A stretch of 25,406 nt of DNA from Ancylonema sp. (lineage: Eukaryota), in the NCBI GenBank assembly GCA_050230475.1, contig JBFLGF010000044.1:62001-87406 (forward strand), read 5' to 3'. A program made the position numbers and the translations under genes. Of this stretch, positions 8,931-20,921 are shown piece by piece. The stretch's first letter is position 1, and each line of letters begins with the position of its first letter. Under the pieces are notes generated by a model. That model had not been told where the DNA came from. It made no database searches and saw nothing but the letters and a program-made list of their open reading frames with translations.

Positions 8931-9345
8931 CCCACCTTCTGGATTTATACTCTTTCACTAAGTCACGCCCTCTGGCACCCCCTGAGTCCTGGCCTCCTAG
9001 CAGATCAGCTATCAACTGTAAGCCGGTTGATTCAGGTTCACGGGGTTGAGGGTTGGAAGGGTGCTGGGGGGTGAATATTGGGTTTCCTTTTCAAGGTTTG
9101 AGGGAGGGGTTCTTTCAAATAGCCCCTTCCCGTGGGCATAGTCTTGGCCTCCCACATTCTGGACTTATACTCTTCCACTAAGTCACGCCCTCTGGCACCC
9201 CCTGAGTCCTGGCTACCTCTTAGCAACTCAGCTATCAACTCTAAGCCATTTGACTTCAGGTTCACGGGGTTGAGGGTTGGAAGGGTGATGGGTGGAGGAA
9301 AATGAGGTTCCTTTTCAGGTGTGAAGGTGGGAGTTTCCGGGCATA
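8931..9345. repeat. Diverged tandem duplication, period ~220 bp
   Basis: 8931-9063 vs 9151-9287 share CACTAAGTCACGCCCTCTGGCACCCCCTGAGTCCTGGC and TTCAGGTTCACGGGGTTGAGGGTTGGAAGGGTG exactly. Weaker similarity continues to ~9140 and ~9345. Confidence 0.9.
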
Positions 9346-11330
9346 CCCACAACCATATATGCAGATACCCCCTTCTCCTTGCCTCTCCTACTAACTGCTT
9401 CCCCTCGCACTGGGATGCCACCCCCTCCCCCTCTGACTCCACCCCCTCCACCTTTGGGCTGCACTACCCCTCCTAGTAGGATCAGCAGACCACTAGTATG
9501 CCTTTGAACATCTACCTAACTTCTGCCATGTCTAGACAACCTAGGCAGGCCCTTTTCACTGAGCTGAAAGCCTACCCCCCCACGTTTGTTGAGACAATCG
9601 AGGCTCACCAGTTGCTGGCCCAAGCTGGGCACGTGCAGGGCATTCAGCAGCACCTCCTCCACCGACGCGCCTTTCTTCAACGCCACCTTCACCTGGCCTA
9701 CACCCAAGAGTGGATGTGCGCGCCCATCTGCTGTTCTGACATGCCTCTTGTGAGCTGGCACTGTGGTGGAATATAGCATGAAGTCTTGACGGCTCGGGAA
9801 AACATGATCGGTCGCTGCAGAATCCAATATCAGGAGCTGATCTGGCGCTTCTGCTTCTGATCCTTCCTTCTCAGCTAGGGCACTCCGGGAGAAGACAGCC
9901 ATCCCAAAATTGCCTCTCCCCACGTCTAACTCCTCAAAATCTAGGGCACTGTCGGCTAAATGCGTTGTAGCATAGTTAGCTCGCCTGACCTGCCCCTCTG
10001 CATCCTGCCGCTTCAGATCGCATTGCTCGACTCTGTGGCCTGGCTCCTGGAAGTAGGCGCACGTCAGCTCACGCTGCTGCTGCCCTTGCTGCCGATTTCT
10101 GCCATACTGCTGGCCTTCGCTGCTTCCTCCACCGAACTGCTGCTGCCCCCCATGTTGTCGTCCTTGCCCTCCGTACACTTGCTCATTCTGCTGCTGGCAT
10201 CGTCGGCAGTTTCGCACCAGATGTCCGGGGTCGCCACAGTTGTGACAACGCTTCTGCGGCTGGCCGCCTTCCTGCAGGCCTCCGCTTCCTCCACTCGGGC
10301 AATTCGACTTGTAATGTCCGAATTCCTGGCAGCCGTGGCATCGCACGCCGCTGATGTCCCCTCTACCGTCATTATGGGGCCTGCTGCCATGTGCAGCTCC
10401 TCCAGATCCGCCGTAGTAGAGTTGTGGTCCTCCGAGAGACTCTCCACGCTTCCGCGCGCTGACGGCAAGCTTCGTGTCCTTCCGCTGCAAAGCCGAGGTG
10501 ATGTGGGGGATGGTGTAGAGATTTGGTGAGGACTCCGCCCAGCTCTAGACGACCTCCACCATGGAGTCGTAGCGCGAGCTCAGGCAGTTGATAAGGTTCG
10601 TCGCCTGGTCTGCTTCGCTGACTAGCTTCCTCAGATGCGCAAGCTCTCCATGGATGACCTGCAGGCGTTTGACAAACTCTTGTAAGTCTTCAGCCTCACC
10701 CATTACCGTAGCACTCAGTTTAGCCAAGGCATTAGACTTCGTAAAATACTTCAATAGCGCCTGCTCTGACGGACTTCAATGTAAAATCCTGCGCATCCCA
10801 TTCATCCACAAGATGCAAGGTTGTATTCCACATTGCAGCATCAATGAATCGATGCGTAATCACAATCCCTAACATGGACCTGCTGGCCTTGACGGACCTA
10901 AGAACCATATGCACAATACACAAATTAGGCAGCTGCGCCTTTAAGCTCCTGCGCATCCCATTCCAGATCATCTAACAAGCAAATTTCTAGCATCGACATT
11001 CTGTTGGTGTGTATTAGCAGCAGCTCTTCGAGTTGCAGCATCACCATTGATCCTACGCAATGAATCGACTGCTGCTTTTGTGTCAGCGGCTCGATAACAG
11101 CCGGGCGAGGTATTCTCGTCCTCCCTGTTTTGTTGGCTTGAAGTCGATTCATTTGCAACATATCGCATCTGCAGCTCGATCCACACCGAATTTCGGTCGG
11201 ATAAGTGATCATCAATCGTTCGCCGAACCTCAGCAACTTGATCCAAAAGTGCCTCGGTAAACCAGTTCTGCCGTGAAAGTATGCTGCTCTCCGGTGAACA
11301 TTGTCAACTTCGTGCAGCTTTCAGATTCTG
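9345..11330 (-). mobile_element. Ty1/copia remnant: gag (UBN2-like), three zinc knuckles, aspartic protease and following beta-barrel region; no integrase, RT or RNase H
   Basis: MGEAEDLQEFVKRLQVIHGELA...DQATNLINCLSSRYDSMVEVV; knuckles CHGCQEFGHYKSNC, CHNCGDPGHLVRNC, CAYFQEPGHRVEQC; ILDSAATDHV; VRTADG..GVGQV..LLNALHVPSLGQQLVSL. In-frame TAG at 10545-10547 and 9516-9518. No LTR pair recognised. Confidence 0.9.
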
Positions 11331-11636
11331 CAGAATTTTTAGTTTGCCTTGCTATTTTGTGAGCTTGTGTTGTTTGTAATTACGTATCATCCGTTTAAAG
11401 GACAGTTGATTTAAATACGTTTTTCCAGACTTATAGCAGTTCCCATTTTATTGACGTGACAGCTCTGAAACCTGTCAGACTGCTGTCCTGATGTAGCTCA
11501 CGTGACATTATCGATTGAGCTACAGAATTCTTTGTTTGATCTGAATTTTTTTGAGCAGCTGTTTTATATCCTTGAATAACAGCTCATCAAAAATCAGATT
11601 TTTACAAGCAATCACAACGTTGCTAAAAATATTGGT

Positions 11637-14600
11637 GTGCAGCAGTATATTCACCATCTACTGGATCCAGATTTTTCACCACAAAAACCATTTTTCCGAG
11701 ACGATTTTGACCCTGATTCCATCGTCTTTATCACCGTTGCAGCACCCTTTGCTGTGATATTGACAGTACCCTTTACTGTCACCGCGGAACATAATTTTTT
11801 GACACCACCGCAGACGACATGTATGAACAGAAAGTACCCTTGTATCTTGGAGAGGTCGGTGATCAACAGGAGGAATTTATCGATGCATTGTGGTCATACT
11901 ACAGATACAAAACTTCAAACGAACGGAACGGACATGTTCAGTGGGACAAAATCGAGTATGGAGGTCAATTTACAAAGGGTATAGCTCGCGATGTCTAGAA
12001 AAAGTTTAGGAAAGATAATCTTGGTGACGCAACCCTTATGGCCACTCGTGACACCCATCGTGAGAAGAATTCTGAGATGTATTATTGGCGGATCCAAGGC
12101 AGATTCCTAACCACCGCTATGGCCAGACCGACACCTCTAACCAGAGTAGAACCTACCGAGCTCACCACCTATTGCAAGGATCTACGTGATCGTTTTCGGC
12201 AATCTATCAGTAAGCAAATCACCAAGATCCAAAACTTCAAACCAGTGTCTGCCACAGAGTCCGTGTCTTCTTTGTACAGTCGTTTCAAAGAACGCGCACA
12301 GATTGTTGTGGAACATAAAGCGATGACGACAGAGCAAGTTGTGGTGAAACTGAAGAAGCATTTGCCGGAAGGTGTACGCGAATTGGTTGATATTTGGTAT
12401 ATCCAGGAAACCGAGAAAAAGTTGTATGAGACGACGCTTTCACCACCTATCTCAGTCGAGGATCTCATGCTAAAAGCTGATAGGTTCGAACTCACCTTCA
12501 CCAAAGTTGCCTCTGAGTACCGAGCAGCAGGGGAGACCGAACCACAACTTCAGTCGGCAATGGGTTCATGCAAGCTTAACCAAGGAGCTCCATCTAGTTC
12601 CTTGAGTCTCGATAGTTTGTCTGCAGATCCCTGGCATCCTAACGTTCCGTCATGCGACAACTCACCAAGGCTCCTAGGCGGGACATCGGTGATTTGTTAC
12701 AACTGTGAAAACGAAGGTCACCAAGTGGATTAGTGTCCTTACCCAATGCGACTTCCACACACTTCACCTGAGCGTGATCGCGGTAGAGAAAGTAAACCAC
12801 CCGATCGACATCTACACTCACCAACTAGCTTGGTCCCATCCTATAGTGTCACCCCTGTTGCTCCGGTTCCCCGCATTTCACCGGACGCACAGGCGGTCAT
12901 CGAAAATCTCACCAAGGCTCTTCGACATGAGCAAGCCAAAGGATCTACTCTTCAACTCTCAATGAGTCCCTTCTCAAGGAGCAATCGACAGGTCAACGCT
13001 CGAAAGTCGGATTCAAGAACTCAAGAACAAAGCATTTCCATCAACGAGGCCACCTCCGCATCGGCCTACTCCGTGAAGTCAACGAGGCACGAGTGCACGT
13101 GTTCTCTACCTTCACCACCTCATCAGTCTCTTTACCATGAGCAGCACCAAGTGCTCCGCTCGCACCACCACTCCCATGGAAAGACATTGAAGCAACCGTG
13201 ACTGCAGCAATCAACCCCTTGAAAGCTGAACTGGCGAGTTTGAGGAGCGACTTACGACAACAATCCTCTACACAACCGATGGCCTAGTCACCACCTTCCG
13301 TTCCGGCATACACCAACATGTTGATGGCAAGTACACCCCGCTACTTGCAGATGACAAAGGAAGAGCACCAACGGTATGTCCAAGAAGTAGAATATGCCAC
13401 GGGTGTCGGTATTTTCAACTCTCTCATGAGCCAGGAGAAAGTGAAACCAAAAGTAGAACAGCAAGCAGTACTTACCAAAAAGGATGTCATATTCTCACCT
13501 GTAGTTGCGAGTCATGCACCAAGTCCCAACATTCTCTCACTTGTAGTTGCTAGCATAGCACTAGGTCCATCGCATCCCTCACCACAAAAAGAGGAAGACA
13601 AATGCGCCGTGTGTTTCCAACCCGGTCATATCTGGCAAGATTGCCCACGCGATCATATGACCAAGGAAGAGTGGCATAAAATACAAGTTGGTATTCCAGT
13701 GGTGTTGCAGGGAAGAGTGCCAAAGATTCATTCCACGGTGGAACCCGAAAACAACAAGCCTGTCATTGAACCAAACGCACGCGTCACCACCAATTGGACA
13801 GTACCTGTGATAGAGAAAAACCAGCAGATCCTCTTCATCGAAGAAGTCGAACCCACAGGAGACATGGTTCTGGATACCGGGTCAGGAGATTGCATGATCG
13901 GTATCACCATGGCAAAACAACTCGGCATCACCAAGGCAGATTTATATCCAGGCGACGAGTACATAACCACTTCGGGGCAAGTGAACACGTCTCTGGGTGT
14001 AACCAAAAGGGAATATGGCATCACCATTGGACAGGAAAAGTTCCAAACCACAGTTCCAGTTCGACTCACCTTGTCACCCTCTGACAAGTACTCGATACTC
14101 CTCGGCAACTCGTTCCTTGTACCGATCGGAGGCATCGTCGACAGCTGGGGCCATCGATTCCTCTACCGTGTGGACTGGGATTCAACGGGAGAGCGTTCCG
14201 TGTCGGTGCTGATCATCATCAACGGACTCAATGCAACCCAACGAGTCAACCTCGAAACCTATGGGGTGGCATACATGAGCGCGTCGGTTACACGGGCAAC
14301 CAACCAAGCAAGTCCATCTCCTCATGCTCTTTTCCGTGCGATGCCAACCTCTCGGAGTGAGTGCCATCCTCGCCCCATGTCCGACTCTCCGGCCTACAAA
14401 GTCAAGGGATCCCAAGATCTATGCCTCACCCTTGGTGCAACTCCATCGATTCACCAAGTATCGGCTCTCGAACTGGATCACCCAAAGGCTATTGTTTCTA
14501 TTCACGCTCCGACTCCATCATGCGAGGTTCGAGCTTCATCATCGGTGGACCGGTCATCCACGACATCCACCACCAATCAACTCCAATCTGGGAAGGCATC

Positions 14601-15660
14601 TTCATTCAGCCTCCATGAACCGTCATCACCCGGCATTCAAGGTGAGAAAGCAACCATTCCATTTTTGCTCACCCTCGCTCCGGACGTTCACGATTCAGAG
14701 AATGATAACCTCCCTCTGAACATGCTTCAACTTCAGCCGCTTCACCAAGGGTTGAATCATCCTCCACCATTCAGTGACATGCTTCATGTGCCATGGTCAC
14801 CACCTTTGCCATCAGCCATAACCAAGTTATCGAGGTTCAAACATCTACATTACCCGGGGAGAGTGCAAGTTTGACCATGATTCCGAAAAATCCAGTACCA
14901 CAACAAGAGTGGGTTGCATCACCATTCCGCACGTCCTTACCATCCTGTCTTCCTCAACCAACTTCCACAATTTGCATGCTTCACCCGGAGACGAAGTCTG
15001 GTACAACCACTCTGTCTGAGTTTCTATCAAGACCTTCATCACCACTCCCCTTATACATCTCTTTACCCTTGTTGCCTTTGGACTCACGATTTTTGGAAGT
15101 CCCACAAAAAGACACAACAATTGGGCAACTTCACCAAGTAAACATGCCACATGGTCTCTCCATCACACCATCATGCATGCCTTACCGTGAGTCACAGTCT
15201 GGTACCATCACTGACCCCGAGTTACTACCATCGACTTTCTCACCCCGAAATGCTTTCGTTAACCTCCATGAGTGGGCACCATTACCCACGTTTATCAAAG
15301 ACCCCGGAAAAGAGTCAACAGACGGGCTTTACCACACCTTTGAGAAAGTCCCTGAAAAAGTCGCAACGCACGGGCACAACCATCGGGTAGACATCGCATT
15401 CGGAGTACCATCACTTCTTGCATCTATCTCACCAACAGTTTGTGGCTTCCCAGTTACTCGACACCATTTCCAATCAAGAGTTCTTCACCACCCTTCATCA
15501 CGTGGTGGTATCACTCCATATTCACCCACGATCCCTATCCGTACCACATGTGACCTCTCACCATTCCGCAAGAGAATTCAGCATGTACCAAAGTGTCGCC
15601 ATCATCTGTCTAAGTAACCCAGCCTCCGACGCAGAGCTTTCGTAACTTGGGGGGGGGGAG
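11637..15660 (+). mobile_element. Ty3/gypsy-like non-autonomous element: gag with two zinc knuckles, aspartic protease and a long Pro/Ser/Thr-rich tail; no RT/RH/IN; 5' LTR not present
   Basis: One frame runs ~11801-13201 through TAG at 11996 and 12731 (knuckle CYNCENEGHQVD*C). It then shifts to ORF 13318-14874 with CAVCFQPGHIWQDC, VLDTGSGDCMIG and YSILLGNSFL, and to ORF 14793-15617. It ends in a PPT followed by TG. Confidence 0.85.
15649..15660 (+). promoter_or_regulatory. Polypurine tract (plus-strand primer)
   Basis: AACTT-GGGGGGGGGGAG immediately before TGAGAC, the start of a repeated unit. Confidence 0.8.
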
Positions 15661-15860
15661 TGAGACGAGATGATAACTCCAGCCAATCAAGACGCTGCAA
15701 ACTCCATGAAAGCAGCCAAGTCATCAACTACTATCCGTCAACATCATCGGCGAAGAAAACCATAAAAAGTCATGTTTTCCAGATTTTCCCCAAATCTTTC
15801 GATTTTCCAGTTTTTGTGATATTCCGTCGACAAGTTGAGTGCCGAATCCATCTGGCACGT
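15661..15860 (+). repeat. Start of the 3' LTR of the gag-protease element; right end unresolved
   Basis: Begins with TG directly after the PPT. The 200 bp are repeated at 17012-17213. Confidence 0.75.
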
Positions 15861-17011
15861 AATATTTCATGCCGCTAGATATCCTTCGATAAGAATCAAC
15901 TATTTTGTGACGAGTTCCTCAAAATATAGCGAGTTCCAATACTTTGTCGATTTCAGCCGCTAAATTGAACTTGTTGTTATAAGTGGTCAATTGTAGCTCG
16001 GATGAATTTACTAGTATTATTTTCATGTTCAGTATATTCAAGAAAGTCGGTGTACCAATTTTCAGAAGTTAATTCCGAGCGAGTTAGAAGATTCTCAGTG
16101 CGCGCCGAGCTGATTTCAGTCAGTCAGCTTGACTAGTGAGCTGTCACACGTGTGAAATCTAGAACTCCAGAATAGACAGTCGAGATTACCTGTTTAGTCG
16201 ATATTCGTTTTCAGCCTTAGATCAAGATAAGATCTAGAAAGTTCCGCGTGCAAAAAGCCGCGTCGATGTGCTCACAACTTCCAACTTCCGCTGTAAGTTT
16301 ACCCTTTCAAATTTCGAGAGGTTGTCTGAATTTCAACAAACTCCTTTTGTGAATGAGAGATATTTTTGCAATCTAAGTGTTCTGAATATTTCCATATTCT
16401 TCATGTCATCAGCGCAGTTCGCCTTTTTACTCCGTGCCATAATTTTATGAGCTTCGTGTCGCTTCCATAGCCGTAAGTTCATAAATTCTGATTGCTTGCT
16501 TGTGCGTCTTTTCTCATCGCAAGTGAATGAAAGCCGTGTGCCGTTTTGCATACGCATCGTTGTGAATTCTTCCGTAGCCAGTCATCACCCTTGCAAGTTT
16601 TGTGACCAGCCATTACGTTGGCGTCACCAGAATCGTTTACTTCAGACTACACCCCCTAGTGTACGCTAGATCGTGTCCTCACGCTTTGAGCCCGTCTTGT
16701 TCATCGCATCGTTTGATATTATAAAGTGTTTGCGCATATCCCGAAGCTTATATCAGATTCTGCAATTCAATTTGTAGAAATTCATCGGCTATTTGCCCTT
16801 TATTTTTTTGCATCAATTGTCGCGTGTTGTGAAATTGTGCACTTGCATTTCTTGATTGATCCTACGCTATTGACCTCTAGTGTATTGCATCGAGTGCATC
16901 TCAGCCTTCAGTGAGCAGTAGCTTTTGTGAACTCCACTGATAAGTCACATATAGTCGTAGATCTCCATTTCTACTTCTATCAGTTGAGACTCAATCAACA
17001 CCATACTCTAG

Positions 17012-17213
17012 TGAGACGAGATGATAACTCCAAAGCCAATCAAGTTGCTGCAAACTCCATGAAAGCAGCCAAGTCATCTACTACTATACGTCAACATCAT
17101 CGGCGAAGAAAACCATAAAACGTCATGTTTTCCAGATTTTCCCCAAATCTTTCGATTTTCCAGTTTTTGTGATATTCCGTCGACAAGTTGAGTGCCGACT
17201 TCATCTGGCACGT
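17012..17213 (+). repeat. Second copy of the same LTR segment (solo or truncated LTR)
   Basis: By hand count, about 7 substitutions and one 2-nt indel relative to 15661-15860. It starts at the same TG and has no PPT upstream. Confidence 0.85.
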
Positions 17214-17909
17214 CAAGGGTGCCTCATCTTTTGCACTAGATATCGTCACGAAGTAACTTTGTACTGCAAACGTTGTGGATAACTTTCCGGAATCTTTTTT
17301 GTCTCCTTGCATGTGTCTTGTTGGCTTGCTTGATACCGCCGCGCTGTACTGCTTAGAGGTTGACGGAAATACCCAATAGGTCGATAGGTCGCTAGCTCTT
17401 GGCGCTTCTAGGAAACCAACGGCTTCCATTGCCTTGGATAGTTTATCTAGAAAATTAGATATATTGGTTGGGTCTGCACAAGCACAAGTATCCCACCTGC
17501 TACGCACATGACGGGTGAATTTCATGGTGACGTAGTAGTGGTGGCCGTCTAGCTCGTAGATCGTCAGACAACAATTTGGCGTCAGGATCTGCAAGCTCGC
17601 GATCTCGCTCCCCAGCTGACGACTCATAAGTCTTACATCACCGCTAGCTCCGTCGACCACAATTTGGGGAGCGAGACGTAGGGCTGCGTAAGCTTGCAGC
17701 GCCTCCCACCGCGTCCGTCTCCCTCCTACTTTCTTATATTGAGTCCCCTCCTGTGCGCCATTTGCATGGCTAGCAAGTGCAACGAGGAGCTGATAATCTG
17801 CACCCCGGAAGCGTGCATCCAGTCAACTAGCCGCTGAAAGAGATAGGGCGGTCTCATGACAATCTACAACCCCACTTTGTAGTAAAGAGCCAACCTTGAG
17901 ACGGTATGC
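17214..17909 (-). pseudogene. Unidentified degraded coding segment (~230 codons, one internal stop)
   Basis: ORF 17097-17660(-) extends upstream in frame to a TGA at 17823-17825 and on to ~17909. Composition looks globular. The 3' end runs into the LTR copy. Confidence 0.35.
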
Positions 17910-19238
17910 TCAATCTGGAGCACGTGGAGGACACTTGTAAAAAGATGCGGCAGTCGACGAAGTAGTTCAACTCTAGCTTGGGTCGCAAGGGGGGAGTGGT
18001 GGCGCCAGCAAGTGTCCTCATGGTGGCACAAGAGCTGCTGCAAGACCAGTGGCAAAGAGCAGCAGAGCGATACTCTAGGCGTCTTCTGGCGCTTGTTTGA
18101 AGAGCACCAGTCTAACTTGGGACGTGGCTCACGTGCGGTTTGGAGTCGAGTGCTCATCATGAGGTTGTTGATTGATATCTTGCTTACATAATTATTATTT
18201 GGTGGTAGATGACTTGCTTGGTTGTTGTCTTGATGATCTGCTTTGTGGATGTAGATTTTTACTGGTTTCGATGTCGATAGTAGACATAGTAGGGCTTTGC
18301 TGCTCTTACTAAGTTGGGTTGCAGATTGAATCTCTGTTGATAATTAGGTGTTACGCTAGTTCTATCACATTTCCTCGTACGTGAATGTGTGGAACACTAC
18401 TTGACGCCGAGGGCGAGTCGACAATTACTATCAAAAATGGAAAGTGTGGAAAGAATGATTGATACTAAACATAATATTCTGGTGCAGAATACTAAGGTCG
18501 ACAACCGAAAGGTAAATTTTCGAGTAGAAAGTTCGGCTCAAACGGTGCGTTGACAGATGGTAATTGATAGAAGTGATGTGCTGATTCAGTTAGAACGTTG
18601 GCAATTGGTTGCGCGTTGTTATCTTACTGGCTCGGTACGAGCGTTGGTAAATCGATGCAAATGGACAAAGTAGTTCTGGCTAAGTAAGTATTGGAAATAA
18701 TTCTAAAATCGATATATCGAATTGTTCGTTATAATCAATCTTAGTGCGGCACAATAATCGAGTCATCATTTTTGAATAAAGATCCTTCTAGGATAACGAT
18801 GACTAGACATAAATACATATTGACTCAGATTGACGGCACCTCTATTTCTAAGGATCGGGTATGGAAGTTCGGAAAACAATATAGATAGAATTGCAGACAT
18901 TTGACATTTCAATCTACTATAATCATTTTAAACATCTATGCTTGCACAGTCTGCTTGCTTGTTGAACATGAAAGTTGTAATTCCATCATGTTTGCCTTGT
19001 GTTGATAACGACGCAACCATGAGTACAAAGTTGAAATTGTCGTCTGTTGCCGTAGAGGCAGATGAGTTCCCTGCCGCCGGAGAGGCAGCGAATGGCCAAC
19101 ATATAATTCTTGCCACCAAAGAGGCAGACGAAGAAGAGTCAAAAGTTCAACATTGTATCGGAGCTACTCAGATGCAAGAGAACAACAAAGAAGCGCACGT
19201 CAATCTTAAGTGGATGACATTGGAAATGACATTAGATA

Positions 19239-20921
19239 GTGAGATACTCAGTCGAAGGAGAGCTCGAACATGAACGTGAATGGCTCGCACATTCAGGAGC
19301 ATCGCATCACTTGTGCACGCACCTGGATTCGTTCAGTCGATTGATAGAGCCAAATGAGAAATTGACAGTACGAACGGTTGGGGGACCACGTTTAGTCACC
19401 CATTCAGGAAGCGTTCTCATTGAGGTGGATGGCGAAAATGGAAAAGAGTTCATGCATATGCATAGAGTGCTATATCTCCCACGACTGAGTGTAAACTTGT
19501 TCTCGATGCAAAAATTGGCTGTCAAAAATATATTTCCTTTCTATCAAGAAGTGGAAGGAAAATTGGTTCTTCGAAAGTAGCTAAAAGGAGAAAAGAAAGA
19601 GCAGGTGGCACTCATGACGATTGATGAGAATGGGCGCTTGACGCTCGACTGCAAAGTTATGAAGACAGAGTACGGGAATGCCGACGCGATGCAGATCTCA
19701 GTGGAAAGGCTACACGAAAGATTGGGACATGCGGGTCATAATGCAATTGACCGCATGATCAGGGAGCAGCTGATCAACGGCATCAACGGAATCAAGCCAG
19801 GGTGCGTCGAAAGCTGCAACATTTGCAAACTGGGAAAATTACATCGGCAGTCCTTTGCGAAGGCTACCCGAGATTCCAATATCTGCCACCCCCTTGACAT
19901 GATGTTCGTCGACTTGGCCGGACCGAACAACCTTAGGGGGTGCGTACTACGATATGGTGATCATACACTCGACAAACGTGGGTCTTACGCTTGAAGAAGA
20001 AATCTGATGCAACACAAAAGTTAGAGGCCTCGCTCCCAGAGGTCGAGAGAAAATGCGGGAGGAAGCTTAAGATCATAAGAACAAATAAAGGTGGAAAATT
20101 TACCTCAAACGCGCTCCAAAAATGGTTCAAGAGTAAAGGAATCAACCACTAGACCACGTCATCTTACAACCCGGAGCAGAATGGGATGGTGGAACGACAA
20201 AATTGTACCTTGCAGGAGAAAACGAGAAGCATGATGCTTGAAAGCGGTTTGCGAGGAAGTCTGTGGGGGATGCTGATGTTAATTGCAAACGTGCTTCGAA
20301 ACCTGACTCCAACGGCCCTCCGCAACAAGACTCCAATATAACTGTGGACCGGACGAAAGCCTTCCGTCGACCGACTACAAAAGATAGGTTGCAAGGTGTA
20401 TTGTCCGATTCAAAAGCAATTATGGGGAGGGAAATTCAAGGTAGTTGCATGGTAGTTGTGGGGTACTCACCAGAAAGTCCAAACTACCGAGTTTGGGACC
20501 CGGAGACGTGGAAAGTGTACAACATCGGAGGCCCATCATTTAACGAGGACGTGCGACCTGGGTGGTGGAAGTAGGAGTCGACCATAAAACTTCTCATCCC
20601 CGAAGAAGAAGAAGATGACCTGGAATTCAACGATGAATCGACACCCGAACGATGCTGATGGCCATGACGACGCTAGACCCAGACGCTCCACAATCAATAC
20701 ATGAAGCGTTGGAAGGCGAGGACCGACACCTGTGGCAAGCAGCGATCAACAGTGAGCTTGAATCATTCGATGAGAATAATGTCTTCACACTCGTCGACAG
20801 GCCAGCAGATAGAAAAAGCATGAAAAGAAGGGCGAGGCTCGTGGCAAAAGGGTGCACACAGCGAGAGGGTCTGAACTACACGGAGATGTTCGCACCGACC
20901 CTACGCTTCAGTGTACTCAGA
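19239..20921 (+). pseudogene. pol: Ty1/copia pol remnant: protease, GAG-pre-integrase, integrase core, SH3-like region and RT N-terminus; truncated
   Basis: WLAHSGASHH (catalytic D to H); VLYLPRLSVNLFS; LHERLGH...CNICKLGK; FVDLAGP; IRTNKGGKF (D to N); YNPEQNGMVERQNCTL; GYSPESPNYRVWDP; PQSIHEAL..WQAAINSELESF..NNVFTLV; ARLVAKGCTQREGLNYTEMFAPT. Several stops, frameshifts and deletions. Confidence 0.95.

Noticed and set aside
9960..10529. 189-aa Leu/Ala-rich, membrane-looking ORF on +
   Set aside because: Antisense shadow of the Gln/Gly-rich copia gag.
16991..18175. TCAATCAACA (16991-17000) and TGTTGATTGA (18166-18175) as copia LTR termini
   Set aside because: Only a 10-bp complementary match in outward-facing order, with no further similarity, PBS or TSD to define an LTR.
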